Positions 1 through 7,122 of a stretch of DNA of 36,771 bases are shown here, in pieces. The translations under genes and the position numbers were made by a program. The notes under the pieces were generated by a model, which was not told the DNA's origin, ran no database searches, and worked only from the letters and a program-made list of their open reading frames with translations. The stretch covers positions 1-36,771 of the forward strand of contig JAZQYE010000259.1 of the NCBI GenBank assembly GCA_045633385.1. Direction: 5' to 3'. The DNA is from Eubacteriales bacterium (GTDB lineage: Bacteria; Bacillota; Clostridia; Oscillospirales; CAG-272). Position 1 is the stretch's first letter. Every line of letters starts with the position of its first letter.

Positions 1-1110
1 GGCAATGGCTTGCTTGACTTCTGCATCGGTCATTTTGACCTCAAAGGGCACCACTACGTCAAAAATGAGGTTGGTGTGCGTTTTACCGCTGACAAATCGA
101 AAATCGTGAATGCGTAAGCTTTCGTGTACCCGTTGTACCGCTTGTGCGACCTGTGTGCGCAGGGCGGTGACCAAAGCGTCGTCGGTGACGATGGGATCCA
201 TGTGAATGGTAGCTTCAATGCCGCAATCCTGTCGCAGCTCTTTTTCCAGAGTGTCGATCATATCGTGCGTTTCAAACACGTCTATCTTTCCGTCCACCTC
301 AATATGCAACGAGGCAATGATGTGTCCGGGGCCGTAGTTGTGCACCACCATGTCGTGAATGCCAAGTGCCTCGGGGTATTTGGCAACGGTGTTGGTGATC
401 ATGTGCACGATCTCGTCGGAGGGGGCTTCTCCCAAAATGGAGTTTTTGGCATCGTTGAGAATGCGAATGCCTGCGATCAGAATGAGCACGGCAACGATCA
501 CGCCCATGTAGGCGTCGGGATTCCAGGAGAGCTCCTTGAAGAACATGGGGAGCACAGCGGCGATCAGAACTGCCGTGGTAGAGAGCACGTCGGAGAGACT
601 GTCTGCTGCCGTTGCGCGCATGACCGAGGAATCGATGCGTTTGCCGATTTTGTGATTGAAGAGTGCGAGCCAAAGCTTGAACAGGATCGAACCGAGCAAC
701 ACGTAAATGGCAATGGGCGAGCTTTCGGGACGGGTAGGGGAAAAGATCTGCTGTGCCGAGCTCTTGAACAGCTCGATACCCACCAAAAGCACCAAAAAAG
801 AAACGATCATCGATGCAACGTATTCAATTCTCGCGTGCCCAAAGGGGTGCTCGCGGTCGGCGGGCTTGGAAGAGATGCGGAAGGAGATCAGCGAGATGAT
901 CTGCGTGCCGGCATCCGATAGGTTGTTAACGGCGTCACCTACAATGGAGATGGCACCAAAAAGAGATCCCACCAAAAATTTTGCGCCAAAAAGCAAAAGG
1001 TTGATCACAATGCCCGTCAGGCTCACCATCATGCCGTAGGCGGTACGTACGTGCGGATCGGTGACGTTTTTATGGTTTTTGATAAAGAGTTTGGATAAAA
1101 GCTCTGTCAT
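1..1110 (-). CDS. Cation diffusion facilitator (CDF/FieF-like) transporter, 3' end truncated by window edge
   Basis: Not in the ORF track; translated by hand from ATG at 1110 (RBS AGAAAGGA): MTELLSKLFIKNHKNVTDPHVRTAYG...SIVGDAVNNLSDAG...KPADREHPFGHARIEY, which contains the CDF signature motifs. Confidence 0.9.
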   Translation of the reverse strand, partial: MTELLSKLFIKNHKNVTDPHVRTAYGMMVSLTGIVINLLLFGAKFLVGSLFGAISIVGDAVNNLSDAGTQIISLISFRISSKPADREHPFGHARIEYVASMIVSFLVLLVGIELFKSSAQQIFSPTRPESSPIAIYVLLGSILFKLWLALFNHKIGKRIDSSVMRATAADSLSDVLSTTAVLIAAVLPMFFKELSWNPDAYMGVIVAVLILIAGIRILNDAKNSILGEAPSDEIVHMITNTVAKYPEALGIHDMVVHNYGPGHIIASLHIEVDGKIDVFETHDMIDTLEKELRQDCGIEATIHMDPIVTDDALVTALRTQVAQAVQRVHESLRIHDFRFVSGKTHTNLIFDVVVPFEVKMTDAEVKQAIA

Positions 1111-1131
1111 AGCAAATCCTTTCTGTATATG

Positions 1132-2532
1132 TTATGGGTCGTTGGTCGTAAAGCTGTTGAGCCATACGCCGCGCTTGACCAATATTACGCCGAGTATCGT
1201 CTTAAAAATATCGGTGTTGTAGCAGATCAAATAGACCCATACAACCGCTAAGGGGGTCAGCTTGATCATGCAAAGTGAAAGGGGGATGGTCACACCCCAA
1301 ACGTAAACGGAGTCGAACAAAAAGGTCAACAGCGTTTTACCGCCCGAGCGGAGCGTAAAATAGGAGGCGTTGAGCACGGCTTGCGTGGGAGCACCGATGG
1401 CAACGGTCAGGGTAAATGCGGTCGCAAGCGCGCGCACCTCGTCGGTTGTGTTGTAAAATGAGGGGAAGAAGGTCGCGCAAACGGCGATGAGTGCCCCTGC
1501 CACAATGCCGAGAAACGCCGAAAAGGCGATCATCTTTTCTGCCTCGTCCAACGCCTTTGCCTTGTCTCCCGTTCCCAATCGGTGTCCGATCAGAATGGAG
1601 ATTGCCGTTCCCGTAGAGATGTAGAGCACCGAAAAGGTGTTGAGCACCGTTCCGGAAATATTCATAGCAGAAACGGTTGCAATGCCGCACAGCGAGTAGC
1701 ATCGCAGGATCATTGCCTGACCTGCCGCCCACATCGTTTCGTTGATCAACAGCGGCATTCCCGTTACGGTAATGGAGCGTACCAGCTCGCGCGGAATGCG
1801 GAAGGAGCGGTAGATGCCCACGATAAAGGGGTATCTTTTGGGGTGCAGATGCGTCCAGAATATGACGAGTATGCACTCGGCAAAGCGCGAGATAACCGTT
1901 GCCAGCGCCGCACCGCGCACACCCATGGCGGGGATGCCGAGCTTGCCGAAGATCAAAATATAATTCAGGATCAAATTGATGCCCACACCGATCACGCCTG
2001 CCACCATGGGAGGCACGGTGTGCTTGGATTCGCGCAGGGAGCTTGCATAGATCTGCGTGACCGTATACGGCAAAAGTCCCACGAGCGAGATGGCAAGGTA
2101 CTCCTTGGCGTAGTGCATGGTCAGCGCAAGGTCGCCCGTTTCGCCACCCTCGTGCAGGTACAGCGCGATCAGGGCCTCACCGCCCCACAAAAAGATGCCC
2201 AGCGAGACGGCAAGGAGCAGAATGGAGATGAGCGTTTTGTAGCGGTGCGTATGGCAAAAGCTTTCGCGGTCTCCGTTTCCAAAGAACTGCGCGCTGAACA
2301 GACCTGCACCCGAAAGTGCACCAAAGATGCAAAGATTAAATACGAACAGCAATTGGTTGACGATCGAAACGCCCGACATTTGCTCGGTGCCGATCTGTCC
2401 GACCATGACGTTATCCAACAGGCTGATAAAATTGGTAATTGCGTTTTGAATGATGATGGGAACGGAGACCGATAGCAGCGTTTTGTAAAACGCGCGGTCT
2501 CCGATGTAGCGATTCGGTTTTATCTGTATCAC
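1132..2532 (-). CDS. MATE family efflux transporter
   Basis: 466 aa, ~12 hydrophobic segments; motifs DNVMVGQIG and NYILIFGKLGIPAMGVRGAALATVISR. Confidence 0.92.
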   Translation of the reverse strand: MIQIKPNRYIGDRAFYKTLLSVSVPIIIQNAITNFISLLDNVMVGQIGTEQMSGVSIVNQLLFVFNLCIFGALSGAGLFSAQFFGNGDRESFCHTHRYKTLISILLLAVSLGIFLWGGEALIALYLHEGGETGDLALTMHYAKEYLAISLVGLLPYTVTQIYASSLRESKHTVPPMVAGVIGVGINLILNYILIFGKLGIPAMGVRGAALATVISRFAECILVIFWTHLHPKRYPFIVGIYRSFRIPRELVRSITVTGMPLLINETMWAAGQAMILRCYSLCGIATVSAMNISGTVLNTFSVLYISTGTAISILIGHRLGTGDKAKALDEAEKMIAFSAFLGIVAGALIAVCATFFPSFYNTTDEVRALATAFTLTVAIGAPTQAVLNASYFTLRSGGKTLLTFLFDSVYVWGVTIPLSLCMIKLTPLAVVWVYLICYNTDIFKTILGVILVKRGVWLNSFTTNDP

Positions 2533-2553
2533 GTTATTATCCTTTAATATTAT

Positions 2554-4095
2554 TTATCCCCAATATTTGCGATCCAGACTGCGAAGCTGAATGGCTTCGG
2601 CAATATGCGGTGCGCGAATGAGCTCCGAGGCGTCAAGGTCTGCAATGGTGCGAGCTACGCGCAAAATGCGGTCGTAGCCGCGTGCGCTCAGTCCCATACG
2701 ATCGTAAGCCGCCTTCAGGAGCGCGGAGGCATCGGCATCCAGGTGGCAAAAGCGTTGTACGCCTGCCGCATCCAGCTGTGCATTGCAAAATACCGAGGTA
2801 TCGTTACCCATACGGGTGGCGGCAAATTTACGCGCTGCCGTGACGCGTGCGCGAATGACCTCCGAGGTATCTGCGTGCTCGTTTGGTGTGGAGATCTCGT
2901 CGTAGGAAAGCGAGGGGAGCTCGATCTGAATATCCATACGGTCAAGCATCGGGCCGCTGATGCGCGAGATATAGCGCTTGACGTCCAAGGGCTTGCAGGT
3001 GCATTTATGAGAGGGATGACCGAAATATCCGCAACGGCAGGGGTTCATGGCACCCACCAGCATAAAGGAGCAGGGAAAGGTCACGCGCCCGTTTGCACGC
3101 GTAATGGTGACCTTGCGATCCTCCAGGGGTTGTCGCAGAGCATCTGTTACCTGCTTGGGGAACTCGGGGAGCTCATCTAAAAAGAGGACGCCGTTATCGG
3201 CAAGCGAGATCTCACCCGGGAGCGGATTGATACCGCCGCCCACAAGGCTGACGGGGCTCATGGTATGGTGCGGTGAGCGGAAGGGACGTACCGACAAAAG
3301 CGAAACACCGTCGGGGAGTACGCCTGCCACCGAGTGCACCTTGGTGGTCTCGATCGCCTCCGCAAAGGTCAAGGGAGGAAGAATAGAGGGCAACCGCTTT
3401 GCCAGCATGGATTTACCCGTGCCGGGAGGGCCGATGAGCAAAATATTGTGTCCGCCCGCGGCGGCGATCTCCATCGCTCTTTTTGCCATGGTTTGTCCGC
3501 GTACGTCGGCAAAATCCATATTGTAATGGTCTGCCGCTTCGGCAAACGCTTGGCGGTTGCATTGCACGGGAGTGAGCGGCTGTTCGCCGTTGAGGTGCAT
3601 CACAAGGGCACGCACGTTGGGCACGGCGTAAACGGTGATGCCCTCTACTGCCGCCGCCTCCTCGGCGTTGGCAACGGGGGCGTAAAACTCGGTAAAGCCG
3701 TGGTCTCTTGCTGCAACGCACATGCAAAGAATGCCGCGCACACTGCGCAATTCTCCCGAAAGGGAGAGTTCACCCACAATGCATTTGCCGGTCAGATCGA
3801 CGTCTCGGTGAATGATACCTCCGCTGTGAAAAATGGCGGTCAAAATAGCGGTGTCGAACGCAGAGCCTTCCTTTTTGCGGTCGGCAGGTGCGAGGTTGAC
3901 CGTAATGCGCGCATAGGGAAAGCTATAGCCGCTGTTGTAGCAGGCGGTGCGTACGCGCTCCTTTGCCTCTTTTACGGCAAGGTCGGGGAGTCCGACCAGC
4001 TCAAAGCCGTCCAAATTGTTTTTTTGATTGCATTCTACCGTAACGGGGAAGCCGTCAATGCCGCAAAGCCCCGCGCTGTAGCTAAAGGATAACAT
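2554..4095 (-). CDS. comM: YifB/ComM family Mg-chelatase-like AAA+ ATPase
   Basis: LVGLPDLAVKEAKERV, NLAPADRKKEGSAFD, Walker A GPPGTGKS, RPFRSPHHT, LFLDELPEF, AMNPCRCG, SARGYDRILRVARTIADL; start moved to ATG 4095 (RBS AGAAGGG) because the longer ORF runs through the promoter. Confidence 0.93.
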   Translation of the reverse strand: MLSFSYSAGLCGIDGFPVTVECNQKNNLDGFELVGLPDLAVKEAKERVRTACYNSGYSFPYARITVNLAPADRKKEGSAFDTAILTAIFHSGGIIHRDVDLTGKCIVGELSLSGELRSVRGILCMCVAARDHGFTEFYAPVANAEEAAAVEGITVYAVPNVRALVMHLNGEQPLTPVQCNRQAFAEAADHYNMDFADVRGQTMAKRAMEIAAAGGHNILLIGPPGTGKSMLAKRLPSILPPLTFAEAIETTKVHSVAGVLPDGVSLLSVRPFRSPHHTMSPVSLVGGGINPLPGEISLADNGVLFLDELPEFPKQVTDALRQPLEDRKVTITRANGRVTFPCSFMLVGAMNPCRCGYFGHPSHKCTCKPLDVKRYISRISGPMLDRMDIQIELPSLSYDEISTPNEHADTSEVIRARVTAARKFAATRMGNDTSVFCNAQLDAAGVQRFCHLDADASALLKAAYDRMGLSARGYDRILRVARTIADLDASELIRAPHIAEAIQLRSLDRKYWG

Positions 4096-4167
4096 TTTTG
4101 TCACCGCCCTTCTGCCGTAAAACGATCCGGTAATTTTTACGGAATAGAATAAATGGAATATAAGAAT

Positions 4168-4196
4168 ATTATACAACAATTCCGTCCTCTTGTCAA
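4168..4196 (-). promoter_or_regulatory. Sigma-A promoter for the comM-MATE-CDF operon
   Basis: Minus strand reads TTGACA-17 nt-TATAAT, a perfect consensus. Confidence 0.8.
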
Positions 4197-4288
4197 TCAA
4201 AAGCCCTCTTTTTTTTCGTTTTTTCCTGTCGGGCGGTAAAAAAGAGGGGGGAAATCGAAAAATATTTACAAAGAATAAAAAAAATCTA

Positions 4289-4317
4289 TTGACTTTTTCG
4301 AGTTTTTCTTGTATAAT
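4289..4317 (+). promoter_or_regulatory. Sigma-A promoter for the LRR lipoprotein
   Basis: TTGACT-17 nt-TATAAT with an A-rich upstream element. Confidence 0.78.
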
Positions 4318-4349
4318 TACAATATATGTATTTCTTTGGGAGGATTATT

Positions 4350-5270
4350 ATGAAAAAACTTCTCGCACTTTTGTTGGTTCTTGTAATGGCGCTCTCTATG
4401 TTTGCGTGCTCCAAAGAACAAAACGAAGAGACCAATGACGACGATCAATACCGTGACAACACCGTTATCAAGACCTCTGAGACCATTGGTAGCGATACGT
4501 TCTATTTTGAGCAAGAGGACAGCGAAACGGTTTTCATTACGAACTTTGCAAGCTCTGTTGACGCCGCACATGCAGTAAAGATTCCCGCATATCTGGACGG
4601 TAAGCGCGTTGTCGGTATTGCACAAGAGGCATTCTGCTACAAGTCCAGCGTGCTTTCCATCACCTTCCCCACCGAGAAGGAGTTGGTTGACGGTGCCGTT
4701 GCCGTAGGAGATGAGGATTTTGCATTTGCTAACTACACCTTTAAGATTGCAGATTACGCATTCAGAGATTGCGTATCTCTCAAGTCCTTGACCCTGCCCG
4801 CATACGTAACCGAAATCGGCGTTGGCGCATTTTACGGTTGCTCTTCTCTCGAAACGCTTGCGTTTGAAGAGGGCATTCAGATCGACGAGATCAAAATGGC
4901 ATCCTTTATGGATTGCGTAAGCTTGACTGCTGTTGAGCTCCCCGCAACCGTTGTTACCGTTGGCGAGGCTGCATTCTACGGTTGCTCCGCATTGGCATCT
5001 GTTAAGGTCAACGAGGGTACTTCTATGATCCTCAAGCAGGCATTCCAGAACTGCACCGCACTTGCTACCGTTGAACTTCCTGCATCCTTGGTATCTGTGG
5101 GCACCTACGTTTTCCACGGTAGTGATGCACTCTACATTGGCGGCTTGACCTATGCAGGCACCTCTGAGGAGGTTCAAACCTACATTGATTCTCTCATGCT
5201 GGAGGAAGCTCCCCCTGCAGAGCCCGAAGAGCCTGAGGCTCCCGAGGCACCCGAAACTCCCGAGGCTTGA
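4350..5270 (+). CDS. BspA/TpLRR-type leucine-rich repeat lipoprotein
   Basis: RBS GGAGG; signal peptide MKKLLALLLVLVMALSMFAC ending in a lipobox Cys; repeated LxxxxLPxxVxxIGxxAFxxC units; Pro/Glu-rich tail. Confidence 0.88.
   Translation: MKKLLALLLVLVMALSMFACSKEQNEETNDDDQYRDNTVIKTSETIGSDTFYFEQEDSETVFITNFASSVDAAHAVKIPAYLDGKRVVGIAQEAFCYKSSVLSITFPTEKELVDGAVAVGDEDFAFANYTFKIADYAFRDCVSLKSLTLPAYVTEIGVGAFYGCSSLETLAFEEGIQIDEIKMASFMDCVSLTAVELPATVVTVGEAAFYGCSALASVKVNEGTSMILKQAFQNCTALATVELPASLVSVGTYVFHGSDALYIGGLTYAGTSEEVQTYIDSLMLEEAPPAEPEEPEAPEAPETPEA
5223..5267 (+). repeat. Five imperfect 9-bp tandem repeats encoding PEE-PEA-PEA-PET-PEA
   Basis: CCCGAAGAG CCTGAGGCT CCCGAGGCA CCCGAAACT CCCGAGGCT. Confidence 0.8.
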
Positions 5271-5294
5271 TCATTTTTCAAAATCAGCAAATCG

Positions 5295-5324
5295 AGGACC
5301 GGCTCACAAGCGTGAACCGGTCCT
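5295..5324. terminator. Hairpin between convergent genes, likely intrinsic terminator
   Basis: AGGACCGGCTCAC-AAGC-GTGAACCGGTCCT. Confidence 0.65.
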
Positions 5325-5339
5325 GTTTGGTATTATACC

Positions 5340-6224
5340 TCAGTTATAAAAATCGTGCCTGCCAATGGTAAAGGCGTATGGGCGATTTTTGGAGATCCAA
5401 TTGGTTGTGGCGGCGCGTGGATTCATAAAAAAGAGCACCGAGTCCGATAGCGTGTAACCCTCCAAGCAGATCTTTGCGGCAATGATCGAGGATTCCGTAG
5501 GCGTTTGATAGATCGTTCCGAACGAAACGGGAGAGAACTGCGTGCCGTGCTTACGGTCAAATATCACGCCGTAAATGGTATTGGGATAGGAGGAGTGTCT
5601 GACGCGGTTGAGCACCACGTTGCCCACTGCAATCTGTCCGCGAAACGGCTCGCCGCGCGATTCGGCAGAAATGATGCGTGAGAGCCAATAGACCTCGTCG
5701 CTGTTGTAGCTTGCCCAAGCAACGGCCGGCGTTCCCTGCGGTTGGCGAAGCTCCACAGCGCGGTGTTCGGCGTTCCAGGTCAGCTCCGAGCGGAAGGCGC
5801 GTGCAAGCGGACGGATGGGTACGTACAAGCTGCCGTTCCAATTTTGAATCTCTTCTACCGTGTAATAATAATGTCCATTGGCGTAGATGTAAAGCGCACC
5901 TTGGCGGATGATCAACGTCATACCGCTCTTGGTATAAACCGTTGCGGTGGAGGTACTGCCGTTCCACGAAAAGCTGCACTCGTCAAACAGCGTACAAAAT
6001 TTGCGCAAGGGAACGTAAGTCACGTTATGCCAAATTACGCAGTCGCCGTGCAGGATCTCATAGCCGTCCAAATACACGGTGGTGGGGGTGCTGTTTTGGG
6101 GCTTGCCGTAGCCCTCGGCACCAACGCCCACGGTGAGCGTACCAAGCAACAGGAGCGCGGCACAAAACGCCGCGAGCCATCGTCGCAGGTACGGGTGGCG
6201 GAAATACTGTTTACTTGTGATCAG
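5340..6224 (-). CDS. SleB/CwlJ-type cell wall hydrolase (Hydrolase_2) with an N-terminal copper-amine-oxidase-like domain
   Basis: WLSRIISAESRGEPFRGQIAVGNVVLNRV, QFSPV, IGRHDFY; two YVPL/IR motifs typical of the CuAO N-terminal domain; start proposed at CTG 6224 (ORF track gives 6149). Confidence 0.85.
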   Translation of the reverse strand: MITSKQYFRHPYLRRWLAAFCAALLLLGTLTVGVGAEGYGKPQNSTPTTVYLDGYEILHGDCVIWHNVTYVPLRKFCTLFDECSFSWNGSTSTATVYTKSGMTLIIRQGALYIYANGHYYYTVEEIQNWNGSLYVPIRPLARAFRSELTWNAEHRAVELRQPQGTPAVAWASYNSDEVYWLSRIISAESRGEPFRGQIAVGNVVLNRVRHSSYPNTIYGVIFDRKHGTQFSPVSFGTIYQTPTESSIIAAKICLEGYTLSDSVLFFMNPRAATTNWISKNRPYAFTIGRHDFYN

Positions 6225-6279
6225 AAGAAATCACTCCTTTTTTTGAATTTACACAAGCACGTGACTTGTGCACGGTGTT

Positions 6280-6308
6280 ATTATACAGGATAAAAAGGGA
6301 AAAATCAA
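6280..6308 (-). promoter_or_regulatory. Sigma-A promoter for the cell wall hydrolase
   Basis: TTGATT-17 nt-TATAAT on the minus strand. Confidence 0.65.
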
Positions 6309-6419
6309 CCCACGGATTTTGGCAAGAGCGGCAGGTTTTAGAAGGCTTGTCATTGCTTGGAAAAAAGAGCGCACAAAAAAAGAATTTGTTGGAAATAAAA
6401 GAAAAAGAAGGAGAACGGA

Positions 6420-7058
6420 ATGAATCGATATACGCACGTGATATGGGATTTTAACGGAACGATATATAACGATGTGGATGCGTGCATTGCGTGTGCAAAC
6501 CATCTGCTTACCTCACACGGGCTGAAGCCGCTGGCATCAAAGGAGGAATACCGTCAAAAATTCGGCTTTCCCATTATCGAGTATTATACAAGGCTCGGCT
6601 TTGATTTTACAAAGCTTTCTTACGACGAGCTTGCCGTGGAATGGGTCGAGGATTATATGGCGCGCTCGGCATCGGCGCGCGTTTACGACGATATTCCCGC
6701 GGTGCTGGACGCGGTGCGTAAGAGGGGCTTGGAGCAATGGATCTTATCGGCAACCGAGAGCGACATGCTCAAGGGACAGCTTGAGAGCTTGGGGATCCTT
6801 TCGCGCTTTCACGGGGTGCTTGGAATGGATACCATTCACGCCTACAGCAAGGAGCAGATCGGCGTGGCGTGGCGATGCGCGCATCCCGAAGCCAAGGCAT
6901 TGATGGTAGGAGATACCGACCACGACGCGCAGGTTGCTGCGGCAATGGGCATAGATTGTGTGTTGGTCGCCAAGGGGCACCAAAGCAAGGAACGCCTGCA
7001 ACAATGCCCATGCCTGTTTGTCGCCGACTCGGCAGAGGAAATTTTGCAGTTGCTTTAA
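6420..7058 (+). CDS. HAD superfamily hydrolase (phosphoglycolate-phosphatase-like)
   Basis: Motif I VIWDFNGT, motif II ILSA, motif IV MVGDTDHD; RBS AAGGAG. Confidence 0.88.
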   Translation: MNRYTHVIWDFNGTIYNDVDACIACANHLLTSHGLKPLASKEEYRQKFGFPIIEYYTRLGFDFTKLSYDELAVEWVEDYMARSASARVYDDIPAVLDAVRKRGLEQWILSATESDMLKGQLESLGILSRFHGVLGMDTIHAYSKEQIGVAWRCAHPEAKALMVGDTDHDAQVAAAMGIDCVLVAKGHQSKERLQQCPCLFVADSAEEILQLL

Positions 7059-7077
7059 AAGCGAATATATTTAAAAA

Positions 7078-7107
7078 AGAGGACTGATTCACTCGAATCA
7101 GTCCTCT
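7078..7107. terminator. Intrinsic terminator between the convergent HAD and GH38 genes
   Basis: Perfect 13-bp stem AGAGGACTGATTC-ACTC-GAATCAGTCCTCT, preceded by an A-run (a U-tract on the minus strand). Confidence 0.8.
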
Positions 7108-7122
7108 CTGCTTAAAAAGATT

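Noticed and set aside
124-921. 265-aa plus-strand ORF
   Set aside because: Antisense shadow of the CDF transporter, which the ORF track missed because its stop lies outside the window
6447-6461. HAD motif I reads DFNGT instead of DxDGT, possible inactivation
   Set aside because: The nucleophile Asp and the other motifs are intact, and DxN variants occur in this subfamily
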